Assembly (NCBI GenBank): GCA_964016885.1
Contig: OZ024762.1
Span: forward strand, 26,288,001-26,352,000
Source of the DNA: Eledone cirrhosa
Lineage: Eukaryota
Length of the DNA: 64,000 bases
Reading direction: 5' to 3'
Positions 1 to 17,599 of the stretch are shown piece after piece. The notes beneath the pieces were generated by a model. It was not told where the DNA came from and made no database searches. It was given only the letters and a program-made list of their open reading frames with translations. A program made the position numbers and the translations under genes. The first letter of the stretch is position 1. Every line of letters starts with the position of its first letter.

Positions 1-487
1 CAGGGTTACAGGTGTTATATCAGAGTTTTCCTTCTCCTAGAATTCTGCCTTGATTTTGGATGGCCATTGACTCTTAAGAGATCCTTTGCTCTTTGACAGA
101 TTTTGTTTTTAGTCCTGCAGGATGTCCAAAGTCACCCTCCTCACCAAGAAACCTTGATAGGGTTGTCAGTTTAGTCGCCAACGACCCGACCATGGGACAG
201 GTTGTACTGGGATACATGTTACCAGTAGCACTAACTGGTGACCTGACATACACACATACATAGATATATACATACATATTAGTAAATATGTTGAATTTTC
301 GGTCATAATGCCGTGTGTTCGATTCTTGGACTGTGTTGTGTTATGTTCTTAAGCAAAACACTTCGTTTGCAGCTGAAACTATGTACCTGTAATAACTGGT
401 GGTTTAACCCTCCAAATGACTGGCGTCATTTTCAGAACGGAGTCTCTGTGTGTATTAATAACAACTTGTTTCATTATATGGTTTTAG

Positions 488-1283
488 TTGGGTGGTTTAT
501 TGACAGATATGCAGTAAAATCGATAGAGCATTGAACAACATACTTTACGGCATAGAGTTACATCCCTTTACAGTCTGTGTTCAAATCTCACCGAGGTTAG
601 TTTACACTTTCATCATTACGAGGTTGATAAAATAAAGTACCAGTAACGCACTGGGGTTGATTTAATCGAATTTCCTCTCACCCTAAAATTGTTGGCCTTG
701 TGTCTAAATCAGAAACAATTATTACTGGATCAAATAAAGTACCAGTAATACACTGGGATAATTGCTGGCCTTGTGCTAAAAGTAGAAACAATTATTACTA
801 AAGGCGACTGATTGCAGAATCGGTAGAATGTCGAACAATATGCTGTGCGGCATATAGTTGCGTCCTTTTAATTTTGTTCTTAGTTCAAATACCGTTGATG
901 TTAGCTATCCTTTTCTTCCTTACGGGGTCGATAAAATAAAGTACCAGTAATGCATTAGGGCCAATTTAATCGACTTTCCACTTACCCAAATTTCTTGACG
1001 TTGAGCCTAAATAAGAAACCGAGTTCAAATTCCGTGAAGGTTAGTTTTGCCTTTCATCATTACAGAGTCAATAAAATAAAGTACCAGTAATACACTGCGT
1101 CGATCTAATCGACTTTCCCCTCACCCCAAAATTGCTGGCCTTGTGCCTTTGACAGAAACCGAGTTCAACTTTCCCTTTCCTCCTTACGTAATCGATAAAT
1201 TAATGTACCAATAAAGCACTGAGGTCGATTTAACAGAGTTTCTCCTCACCCCAAATTGATGGACTTGTGCCTAAATAAGACAC
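488..1283 (+). mobile_element. Cluster of full and partial tandem copies of tRNA-derived SINE family 1
   Basis: Repeated B-box-like GAGTTCAAAT, central TTTGCCTTTCATCCTTACGGGGTCGATAAAATAAAGTACCAGT and tail GGCCTTGTGCCTAAA..AGAAACAATT. The same sequence recurs at 35.6, 39.0, 48.4, 51.6 and 62.2 kb. Confidence 0.85.
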
Positions 1284-1379
1284 CATGGGATGGATTGATG
1301 ATAATTATTGTAACAATTATTTATTAATAGACTTTTCTTATATTTATTTATTCAATTGGGGTGTGGGTGGTGGTGTTGG

Positions 1380-2090
1380 GAGGGACTTCGTCAAATCGGA
1401 CCAAGGAAACAATGTTTCCATTGGTCTTTCCATTCAACTACTGGCACAAAGAGCAACGTGAAATAAAGTGTCTTTCTCAAGGACACAATGCATCGCCCTG
1501 TCCGAGAATTGAACCCTTAGACTGGGTTGTATTGAGTTCTTGAGAAAAACACTTCATTATCGCTCTGGTTGATCGACAAGATCCCAGACCTCATTGGTTT
1601 TCCGAGTGGGGTGAACCTCGTGAAATCGGGCCAAGGAAACAATATTTCCATTGGTCTTTCCATTGCTGACATTATATATCGGTCGCAACACCGGGTAGAA
1701 GGAGCTACGTGAAGTAAAGTGTCATTCTCAAGGACATAACGCATCAACCGGTCTGAGGATTGAACTCGCAACCTCACAATTGCAAAACCAACTCTCTAAC
1801 CACGAAGTCACGCGCCTTCATTTCACTCAGCTGAAAATAAGAACCAGCAATAACATCTGGGGGTTTAACTCTGCAATGGACTGGTGTCGTGTCCATGACG
1901 AGGAAACCTGATACGCTCAGTCGCTTAACGCCACGGATACCAGGCTAAGCACCGGGCCGATGAGCCTCGGGGCCGGAGGGGAACTTTAGTGTCTTGCTCA
2001 AGGACATAATGCATCACCCGGTCGGAGAATGGAATTCGCAACCTCACGATTGCGAATCCATCCCTCTAACCAGTAACCCACGTGCCTTAT
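1380..2090 (-). mobile_element. Nested fragments of tRNA-derived, CORE-like SINE family 2
   Basis: Three copies of GAGCAACGTGAAATAAAGTGTCTTGCTCAAGGACACAA-like sequence (reverse of a CORE-like domain) followed by a reversed tRNA head. Homologous to 49930-50050 and 50911-51155. Confidence 0.7.
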
Positions 2091-2305
2091 TCAATTACGT
2101 ATTTACATTCTCATCTCAAATTAAATCCGAAGATATTTCTCAAAGCGAGATTAGTGTTTCGTACAGATGAAAGGGAAAGACGGAACATTGTTTGCAATGA
2201 GAGTGCGCAGAGTGACGTCATATTTGTGGACGGTGGCGCTGTTGTGACAAAAGTAAAGAGTGCAGCACTCGAGTAACTTAATTAGAGCGTTCGTTCGCCA
2301 TTGTG

Positions 2306-6525
<4,220 letters not shown>

Positions 6526-9341
6526 ATCGTTAAAATACCGTCACATATAGAACAAGTCTACAATCAACCATACGATTTAAAATCGATAAAGGAAGATTCG
6601 GGCCAAACAGATAAAAAATATCAATAAAACAATACGTCAATAATTTAAATGAATGTAAAATCATACCCGGACCCACTAGAAAGGTGTTAAATCTAGCTTC
6701 ATGGGTTTCTGTAAATCCTTAGACAGTACTCTATCAGCTCACATATAAATATAAAAGCCTACTAGAATAAGTGGAACGGAGTTTACGTTGTCAACGAGTT
6801 TTATCCTGGCGGCAAAGGAGTCAACTAGCGGTGAAAAACGCACATGGCATTAGACAAGGGAGATGACCCCTATATCCGCGAAAATAATTCGAGTGAATGT
6901 GGAAATACACATATCGAATTAGAGTGCTCAATAGACATGTTAAAATAAAACAAAAGCTATTCATCACTCAATAGAATCGACAAAAAATGAGCAATAAAAT
7001 TAACTGGTGGATAGCTATGTCCAGAGCTAAATATATTAGAAAGATCGAGTATCGAAAAATCGGCGCACGAGTTCACGAAAAACGAAATTCGATATGAGCG
7101 GCAGAGGGCTCAATAATTCAGATGAATCAGAGCTATAACTATCGTTAAAATACCGTCACATATAGAACAAGTCTACAATCAACCATACGATTTAAAATCG
7201 ATAAAGGAAGATTCGGGCCAAACAGATAAAAAATATCAATAAAACAATACGTCAATAATTTAAATGAATGTAAAATCATACCCGGACCCACTAGAAAGGT
7301 GTTAAATCTAGCTTCATGGGTTTCTGTAAATCCTTAGACAGTACTCTATCAGCTCACATATAAATATAAAAGCCTACTAGAATAAGTGGAACGGAGTTTA
7401 CGTTGTCAACGAGTTTTATCCTGGCGGCAAAGGAGTCAACTAGCGGTGAAAAACGCACATGGCATTAGACAAGGGAGATGACCCCTATATCCGCGAAAAT
7501 AATTCGAGTGAATGTGGAAATACACATATCGAATTAGAGTGCTCAATAGACATGTTAAAATAAAACAAAAGCTATTCATCACTCAATAGAATCGACAAAA
7601 AATGAGCAATAAAATTAACTGGTGGATAGCTATGTCCAGAGCTAAATATATTAGAAAGATCGAGTATCGAAAAATCGGCGCACGAGTTCACGAAAAACGA
7701 AATTCGATATGAGCGGCAGAGGGCTCAATAATTCAGATGAATCAGAGCTATAACTATCGTTAAAATACCGTCACATATAGAACAAGTCTACAATCAACCA
7801 TACGATTTAAAATCGATAAAGGAAGATTCGGGCCAAACAGATAAAAAATATCAATAAAACAATACGTCAATAATTTACATTCATTTAAATTATTGACGTA
7901 TTGTTTTATTGATATTTTTTATCTGTTTGGCCCGAATCTTCCTTTATCGATTTTAAATCGTATGGTTGATTGTAGACTTGTTCTATATGTGACGGTATTT
8001 TAACGATAGTTATAGCTCTGATTCATCTGAATTATTGAGCCCTCTGCCGCTCATATCGAATTTCGTTTTTCGTGAACTCGTGCGCCGATTTTTCGATACT
8101 CGATCTTTCTAATATATTTAGCTCTGGACATAGCTATCCACCAGTTAATTTTATTGCTCATTTTTTGTCGATTCTATTGAGTGATGAATAGCTTTTGTTT
8201 TATTTTAACATGTCTATTGAGCACTCTAATTCGATATGTGTATTTCCACATTCACTCGAATTATTTTCGCGGATATAGGGGTCATCTCCCTTGTCTAATG
8301 CCATGTGCGTTTTTCACCGCTAGTTGACTCCTTTGCCGCCAGGATAAAACTCGTTGACAACGTAAACTCCGTTCCACTTATTCTAGTAGGCTTTTATATT
8401 TATATGTGAGCTGATAGAGTACTGTCTAAGGATTTACAGAAACCCATGAAGCTAGATTTAACACCTTTCTAGTGGGTCCGGGTATGATTTTACATTCATT
8501 TAAATTATTGACGTATTGTTTTATTGATATTTTTTATCTGTTTGGCCCGAATCTTCCTTTATCGATTTTAAATCGTATGGTTGATTGTAGACTTGTTCTA
8601 TATGTGACGGTATTTTAACGATAGTTATAGCTCTGATTCATCTGAATTATTGAGCCCTCTGCCGCTCATATCGAATTTCGTTTTTCGTGAACTCGTGCGC
8701 CGATTTTTCGATACTCGATCTTTCTAATATATTTAGCTCTGGACATAGCTATCCACCAGTTAATTTTATTGCTCATTTTTTGTCGATTCTATTGAGTGAT
8801 GAATAGCTTTTGTTTTATTTTAACATGTCTATTGAGCACTCTAATTCGATATGTGTATTTCCACATTCACTCGAATTATTTTCGCGGATATAGGGGTCAT
8901 CTCCCTTGTCTAATGCCATGTGCGTTTTTCACCGCTAGTTGACTCCTTTGCCGCCAGGATAAAACTCGTTGACAACGTAAACTCCGTTCCACTTATTCTA
9001 GTAGGCTTTTATATTTATATGTGAGCTGATAGAGTACTGTCTAAGGATTTACAGAAACCCATGAAGCTAGATTTAACACCTTTCTAGTGGGTCCGGGTAT
9101 GATTTTACATTCATTTAAATTATTGACGTATTGTTTTATTGATATTTTTTATCTGTTTGGCCCGAATCTTCCTTTATCGATTTTAAATCGTATGGTTGAT
9201 TGTAGACTTGTTCTATATGTGACGGTATTTTAACGATAGTTATAGCTCTGATTCATCTGAATTATTGAGCCCTCTGCCGCTCATATCGAATTTCGTTTTT
9301 CGTGAACTCGTGCGCCGATTTTTCGATACTCGATCTTTCTA

Positions 9342-9347
<6 letters not shown>
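6526..9347. repeat. Fold-back array of a 615-bp non-coding unit: about 2.2 direct copies, then about 2.4 inverted copies
   Basis: ATCGTTAAAATACCG starts at 6526, 7141 and 7756. Its reverse complement ends at 8007, 8622 and 9237. The inversion point is at about 7874-7877. Flanked by (TA)n. Confidence 0.97.
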
Positions 9348-9387
<40 letters not shown>

Positions 9388-9485
9388 GTATACATATATG
9401 TATATATATATATATGTTTATATATATGTAAAGTTATATATATATATATATATATGTGTGTATATATATGTATATATATTTAGAC

Positions 9486-9529
<44 letters not shown>

Positions 9530-10245
9530 ATATGTATATATATATACATATATGTATATATTTATATATATATATATGCATATATATTGTTTATATATAA
9601 ATAAATAAAATATATATATATATATATATAGATATATACATTCACACATACATACAGTCCTACATACATACACATGCGCGCACGCATGCGCACAGAAGCA
9701 AGCCATTAACCTGTAAATTAATTACTCGGCCATGACATAATTTAGCGAAAAACTGAAAAGAAAATTATCGTGGTGCTTCTAGTTTTAACATTTCGCCATT
9801 GCTTTAAACTAATTACGTTCGCTGTTATTGTGTTGTGATGTATATTTTATTGAATTTCATTTGTGATTCTATTCATATCAATCTATATTGATTTGTTTGG
9901 CAACCATCATTCCTGTAATGTGAGCAATGAGGAAGAAGGAAAATTGTTTGCATCTACTCACCGCCATTCCTATACATCGTTTTCTTCCTTATATTTTATA
10001 TCCATTACTAACTCTCGTATTTTCTCGTATATTTCTCACATTCTCTCGTTTTCCTTATTGCTCTTTATAACAGCAGCTATATTGGTATCATTTTCCTCCG
10101 CCTCCCCCTCAATAGTTTTTCCTCTATTTTTATTTTTACTTATTTTTCTATATATATATTTCTTTTTCATCCATTCTCTCTTTACCTATCCATACGTGTG
10201 TGTACATATATATATTATATGTGTGTATATATTCATATATATATA

Positions 10246-10317
<72 letters not shown>

Positions 10318-10338
10318 GTGTGTATATATTAATATATG

Positions 10339-10404
<66 letters not shown>

Positions 10405-10773
10405 TATATGTATATATATATATATATATACATATATACATATATACATATAAACGTTTGAATTTGTAAAGCCAAACAATGCAGGTATGGACATGGAATA
10501 AAAAAAAATGCAAATGCAAAAGATATTGATGACAATTAGTCTTTTACCTTAGATTTACTTAAATGTCCTTAATTTTTGAGATAATATCTCTTCTTCGGAG
10601 GGAAGTAAAGCGGTTAAACTAGTGTTCTAAATAGCTTGCCAATATGTATATAAACATATATGTATATATTCATATATATATATAAATGTATATATATTTA
10701 CATATATATATGCATTTAAATATGTATATATACACATATATATGTCTATATATACATATATATACGTTTATAT

Positions 10774-10837
<64 letters not shown>

Positions 10838-10917
10838 ATATATATGTATATATATATATGTATATGTTCATATATATATATATAATTATGTATATATATA
10901 CACAATATACATTATAA

Positions 10918-10948
<31 letters not shown>

Positions 10949-11032
10949 TATTATATATATCTAAATATAGATATATAATTTATATATACAATATATATAT
11001 ACTGTATATATATATATATATAATATATATAC

Positions 11033-11064
<32 letters not shown>

Positions 11065-11100
11065 ATATATATATATATATAATATATATATATATAATAT

Positions 11101-11152
<52 letters not shown>

Positions 11153-11596
11153 TAATATATGTGTTTGTGTGTATAGTATATGAATGTGGGTAATTATATA
11201 TGATATCACAGTAAACCTTATCAATACCTTCAAAGAAGTTGGCCCTAGGTTCTCAACAGGCACAACCCTGGAAACAGTTAACTAAACCTTCAACACAAAC
11301 GCCACCACACCTTTAAGAAAGCCCGTTATAGGCATCCATACATTAATACAACCAGCAACCATACTCTCCCCCACTTCTAGGGTAAAAATAAAGAGAAGCA
11401 AAAAATTGATAATAAACTAGTTAGAGATATAAGTGAACTGTTTTCCACCATTGATGCATATGAAACTGGATTCAACGGCTTGTGGCAGGGCTATAACAGC
11501 GGTTTATTGTTAAGTAGCTCCGAATTGAGAGATCACAGCTCCGATACTATCGCCATGTGGTTAGAATGTTTCAGGAAAGAATCGTTGGACAGATTC

Positions 11597-12690
11597 GTAG
11601 TGGTGGTGGTAGTGGTGGTGCTGTTGGTGGTGATGGTGGTGGTGGTGGTAGTGGTGATGGTGCAGCTGGTGGTGGTGTGTGGTAGTAGTGGTGGTAGTGG
11701 TGGTGGTGTTGGTGGTGGTGGTAGTGGTGGTGGTAGTGGTGGTGGTGTTGGTGGTGATGGTGCTGCTGGTGGTGGTGGTGGTGGTAGTGGTGCTGGTGGT
11801 GGCGGTGGTGGTGTGTGGTAGTAGTGGTGGTAGTGGTGGTGGTGTTGGTGTTGATGGTGCTGTTGGTGGTGGTGATAGTGGTGCTGGTGGTGGCGGTGGT
11901 GGTGGTGTTGGTGATGGTGGTGCTGGTGGTGTTGGTGGTGGTGGTGCTTGTGGTAGCGGTGGTGGTGGTAGTGGTGGAGGTAGTGGTGGTGGTGTTGGTG
12001 GTGATGGTGCTGTTGGTGGTGGTGGTAGTGGTGCTGGTCGTGGCGGTGGTTGTGGTGTTGGTGGTGCTGGTGGTGCTGGTGGTAGTGGTGGTGGTAGTGG
12101 TGGTGGTAGTTGGTGTTGGTGGTGTTGGTGGTTGTGGTGCTGGTGCTGGTGCTGTTGGTGGTGGTGGCGATGGCGGTGCTGGGGTGGTCGTGGTGTTGGT
12201 GTTGTTGGTGGTGTTGGTGGTGTTGGTGGTTGTGGTGTCGGTGGTATTGGTGGTGGTGTTGGTGGTATTGGTGGTGGTGGTGTTGGTGGTGGTGGCGTTG
12301 GCTGTGCTGGCGGTGGTCGTGGTGTCGGTGGTGGTGGTTGTCGTCGTGGTGTTGGTGGTGGTGGTGGTGTTGTGGTGGCGTTGGTGGTGGGGTTGGAGAT
12401 GGTGGTGTTGGTGGTTTTGGTGTTGGTGGTGATGTTGGTGGTGGTGCTGGTGGTTGTGGTGTTGGTGGTGGTGTTGTGGTGGCGTTGGTGGTGGGGATTG
12501 AGGTGGTGGTGTTGGTGTTGGTGGTGTTGGTGGCGTTGGTGCTGGTGGTGGTGGTGGTGGTATTGGTGGTAGGGGTGTTTGTTGGTGCTGGTGGTGGTGT
12601 TGGTGGTGGTAGTGGTGGTGGCGGTGGTAGTGGTTTTGGTAGTGGTGTTGCTGTTGGTTGGTAGTGGTGGTGGTGATGTTGGTGTTGGTG
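11597..12690. repeat. Degenerate (GGT)n trinucleotide tract
   Basis: Seen directly. Confidence 0.95.
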
Positions 12691-12998
12691 GGGAGCGGCA
12701 AGCACCACCACCGTGTTCTAAAAATCGGAAAACGTCACAACGACGGTGGCGCCCCCTTTCACAATCTCATTAGAGTTTATAGATATATAAAGAAGTAGGA
12801 GCGACACAGTGACAATTCACATTTAAACCTTGCCTTGCTGTAACAAATTATTAGACATAATTCCCATTGACTTCAGGAAAGTTTAAATAATTATCTTCAC
12901 AAATAGACTAAAAAAGAAATATTGCAAGTTCGATGGAATATCAAAATTGAAAAATACTAAAACTAAAATAATAATAAAAAATATTAATTTTATTAATA

Positions 12999-13040
12999 AT
13001 TTCTTTGTTGGCCACAAGAGCCTATATACAGGGGACAATA
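12999..13040 (-). mobile_element. Very short 3'-terminal remnant of a Tx1 or Tx1-tailed element
   Basis: Minus strand reads TTGTCCCCTGTATATAGGCTCTTGTGGCCAACAAAGAAAT followed by an ATT-rich tail, matching the Tx1 3' ends in this window. Confidence 0.55.
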
Positions 13041-13132
13041 TTCTCTCCCTCTGTCTCTATCTTGCTCTCTCACATTCCTTTCTTTCTCCCCCTCGCTCTC
13101 TTTCTCTCTTCCTGTCTCCCCACCTCTCTCTC

Positions 13133-13178
<46 letters not shown>

Positions 13179-13292
13179 TATAAATATTTATATATTATAT
13201 TTATATAAATATTTATGTATTATATAAATATATACACATATATATATACATATATATGAATATAAATATATGCATATATATAAATATACATA

Positions 13293-13360
<68 letters not shown>

Positions 13361-13516
13361 GAATATATAAATATATATATAAATATGCAAATATATATAT
13401 AAATATGTAAATATGTATATATATATATGTATATATATATATGGATATATCATATGTATATATCATATATATATTTATATATGTGTGTGTGTGTGTGTTG
13501 ATTTGTGTGTATTTAT

Positions 13517-13547
<31 letters not shown>

Positions 13548-14108
13548 ACAACAACAACAACACAAATAATAAATAACGAAACAGACAAACCTAACAAACA
13601 AAAAAATGAATTCGAGAAATATTATGAGTATGAAGATTTCCCCCTCGTCAGCGAGGATTAAATTAAAGAAAGAAACTGGTGGCTTTGTTTATAATGTAAT
13701 TAACCGTTTCCACATTAATTTTCTCCACTCAGTTAATCTAACTGAACAGAAACCATGCATTGACAGAAAAAATTAAAAAGAAAATCTATTTATTTCTCTT
13801 TATAAAATTCCTCCTGGCGTCATTGTATTACACTACTGTAAAGAGAGACAGACTGACATAGATAGATAGATAGATTTCTTTATTAGCCACAAGGGCGCAA
13901 CAAGAAAAGGGGACAATACAAAGACATGCCGGGGATTTTACATACAGTCATGTAAAAAAAATAAAACAAACAATTACAAAAATCGAAGTACCCAATTGGA
14001 GGGAAGCACCACAAATGGGTTGTTTAATACCCCGTCGATAGAACAACACTCAACTCCAGGAGCGGGTTGTGCAAGTGCCCCTTTCTTCCTTTTGCTCTGT
14101 TCTTTAAC

Positions 14109-17100
14109 CTACAGGCTTATAAACAGAGAAGGCACAATCACTCGGGCCATTTTCACTTCATTCAACCACCTTTCTGTAAATTTTCTGGGGAGCAGTGCCT
14201 CTGTCTCCACTCTTATTCTCCTTCTAAAGTGATACTTGAAGAAGGGAATCAATTGTCCGGAGAAAAAGGCATCTGTCCTCAGTCCTCTCAATATCGTCCA
14301 CCATATAACCTCTTTCACCATAGCCTCTCTTTCGTTTTTGAAAGATGCTGGCGGTTCGATCCTCACTATCGACTCGGCAGTCACCTGGATTTGTCCCATA
14401 CGCGACAGCAGTTGTTCTGCATAGTTCCACAGGTCAGTTACGCCCGGGCAGTGTACAATTGCGTGCAGAACTGTTTCAATGTCCTGCGCACATCTTCGAC
14501 ACGTCCTCTTGGAAGGATCCCTGCCGGGGCGTCCGTGTCTGTAGATCTTGTCACGAACCGGTAGAATTCCCCGGTAGCACTGCCAGGCCAGGGACCTCTG
14601 GAAGTTGTCCATAGGTCCCGGGCCGAAAGTCCTACCAAACAGACTGGTGTGCTCATCGTCTTCGAAGCCCAGAGTCTCTCAGAGCACGTCGTCGCCCTTG
14701 TAACGTACAATCCCTCTATAGAATGTCGAAGTGGAGTCTCCACTGATTGCTGCGCCCGCTTACCAGAGGACTGTGAGCGCCTGAGTGCATTCAATGTGCC
14801 AGGCGACCATCGTTTTCGGTCTTTTCTTGACCCAGGACTGCAGCTCCGTCAGGTAGACGAGCTGTGGGAAAGCCTGTCTTACAAACGGTGCCCACACCGG
14901 TTGGGGGTCGATGAGGAATACCTGGAGATGCCGCAGCCTCGGCGCATGTTTGCGCATCATCAGCCACGACATTCCCAGCCCTCCGTTGGAAGGGTGCTGA
15001 CAGCAGACGGATCTTCTCACCAGCGGAGCCTCCTTCTTCCACAGAAACTGGAAGAGCATGCGTTCCATCTTGGTGAGGTGTTCACGGGGACAAGGTACGA
15101 CAGTCAAGCGGTAGTAGATGACGGACGCTATGAAACTGTTCGCCACCTCCGCTCGACCTTTCAAGGACAGTTTGCACTCTGCCCACTTCTGGGTAAGCGC
15201 AAACACCTTGCTCGTGACCTCGTTCCAGTTTTTCTCCACCTGGAGGTCTGGACCGAACCAGACCCCGAGCAATTTCACCGGTCCGCCCGTCCAGCATCCA
15301 ACGACGCTGTCGAACGTCATCGGTTTGCTTCTCCACGTACCGAGTTGCAAACCGACAGACTTGTTCGGGCTTGGTTTTGCTCCCGTCAGCGCCTCGTATT
15401 CTTTCAGTAAGTTGCCGATCACCCCGGTTTCCGAGGTGCTTGACACCATCACCTACACGTCGTCGGAATAAGCCGACGCTGCTTTGCGCAGTCCCGGTTC
15501 TAGAGGGATGCCCTGCAACAGCTCCAATTTCTGCAGTAGTGGCTCTAGAGTCAATACATACAGAATGGAGGAGAGAGGGTACCCCTGTCGAATGGAACGC
15601 GCGATTGCGAACGGCTCCGATAGGTAGCCGTTCACCTTGACCCTCGAGCAGATGCTGGTGTGCAACGCCTCGATCCAGCCTTTGAAAATGGGACCGAATC
15701 CGGCCGCCTTGAGAACCGCTTCCAAGTATCGATGGTCGACCCTATCGAATGCCTTAGAATGATCCAAATTGATCAGAGCCCCACAGAAGCCGGGTTTACT
15801 GCTCACCCTCTCTATGATGTATCGCATGAGCTGGAGGTTGTGTATGAACCTGGTCGGGATTGCACATGTTTGCGCTTTCCCTACCAGGTTCTCGACGACA
15901 AGCGCCAACCACGTCGCTAGCACCTTGGCCAAAATCATCAACTCTGTGTTGAGCAGAGTTATGGGCCTGAAGTTGTTAATTTCGTCCCCCTTGTTCTCGT
16001 CTTTCCTGATCAGCGTTACTACGCCCTTGCCTGCAGAACTGGGAATTCTCCCGTTCTGCTGCCAATTGCAGTAGACGGCATCGAGGACACCAGAGAACAA
16101 GTCCGGCATGCCTATTTAAAACTCATAGGGTAGACCATCTAGACCGGGTGACTTGCGTTTCTCGCAGCGGCCCAGAGCTTCCCGTATCCCAGAGTCCGTG
16201 ATCGGTCTTTCGCAGAACTCGGTGTCCGTGTTCGAGAGACGCGGCAGGCCGTCGAGGTATGAACTAAAGTCCATTACCCTGTTCGGCCCACCGTCGTTCT
16301 GCTCAAACAATCGCGCAAAGTGCTGCTGAAAGGCCGCGCACATTTGCTTGGTGTCAAGTAGCACGCGTCCGTTTTGGTCTTTCACAGACAGAATCGTGGA
16401 CTTGTTGCCACTTTTTGCCTCCGCCATTCGGGCCCAGCTGATAGCTTTCGCTCCTTCGTTTCCCAGAGCACGTGTTTTGCTTCTGAACACGCAGCCTTCG
16501 TGATTCGCATCGAAGAACTGGTCCAGTGCCGTTCTCGACGCTAACACTCTAGCCGCGTTGCCACTTCTAAATGCCCCTCTACCTTGGCTACTAGTTCTCT
16601 TTCTATTTTGTTTTTCTGTAAGGCTAACTCTCTACTAAACCCTATCGATTCTTCGCTAATTGCTTTCTTGAGAGAGTACCACCATCTATTGTTGACGATG
16701 GCTCCCCTTAACTGTTGCTTGACTAGTTTACTTATCCGTTCACTGTAAGCTTTACGTGCCAGCAACGACACGTTCAGCTTCCAGTATCCGGGTCCCTGTC
16801 TATGTGTTCTGTCACGGTTGACTATGCAGACGACTAATTTGTGATCTGAATAGGCAACCACGTGCATTCGTGGACAGCTTAACATCTCCTTGTCCCTTTC
16901 TCTAATGAAGAACCTATCTAAATACGATCTAGATATCCCGCTGCGGTTTGCCCACGTCTACTGAGGTGCAGTCGGGAAATCCAGTCGATACCTATCGGCC
17001 AGTTGGAATTGGCCGATTAAAGTTTTGAGGCTGTTGCATCCCCCTCTACTGGGACATTCTCCCACATTGTCCCATCGTGCATCTAGGATACCATTCCAGT

Positions 17101-17527
17101 GCCCCACTAAAAGTAGGGAGCGAGACATTCTCAGAAAAGACTCTAGACGCTTAAAGAAGTCTGGCCATGATTGCGATTTCCTTGTCGGGGCATAAACGGC
17201 CACCAGTCTGAAGGCTCCACCTCCAATACTGTTTAAGTTTAGGACTACCAGTCTACCCTCCGGGTCCAAGTGTACTTGCTGTACTTCGACGTCCAGGTTC
17301 ATCCGAAACATGACAGCCACTCCCCCTCCACCTCCTGGCTGACAGAGAGATGCGTAGATCTCAAAGTCGTCGAAGATGAGGGTTAGTTGCTGCCTGTTGT
17401 GGATCCTGGACTCGGTGATGGCTATCACATCCATACGGTGTGACCTAAGGTCGTTTAAAAGTTGGCCCTGTTTCCAGGGCAACCCTAGGCCACGTACATT
17501 CACACTTCCAACTCGTAAACTAGCCAT
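14109..17527 (-). pseudogene. Tx1 A ORF2 (APE endonuclease-reverse transcriptase), disrupted
   Basis: Collinear fragments MASLRVGSVNVRG, SDHK, SPGLDGLPYEF, FRPITLLN, KAFDRVDH, RQGYPLS and YSDD. Several stops and frameshifts. The catalytic GDWN motif reads GHWN. Confidence 0.92.
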
Positions 17528-17599
17528 GCTGGTGGAGAATATTTGGCGAAAAGGACGAACAGGTGCACTTTCTTTTTCGTTTCCTGGAGATCGGGTTGT

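Noticed and set aside
1-260. Possible repeat fragment sharing CAGAGT..CC(T)TCTCCTAGA with 51480-51500
   Set aside because: The match is too short to classify without a repeat-library search.
2213-2240. TGACGTCA (CRE site) and a nearby GGTGGCGC CTCF-like core
   Set aside because: Short motifs expected by chance, with no associated gene start.
10546-10626. Possible small minus-strand exon (TTTAG|AACACT...; NTSLTALLPSEEEILSQKLRTF)
   Set aside because: Weak splice signals, no recognisable product and no partner exons. Needs RNA-seq.
13626-13657. CTGACGA..GAAA on the minus strand
   Set aside because: No stem II and no stem I pairing.
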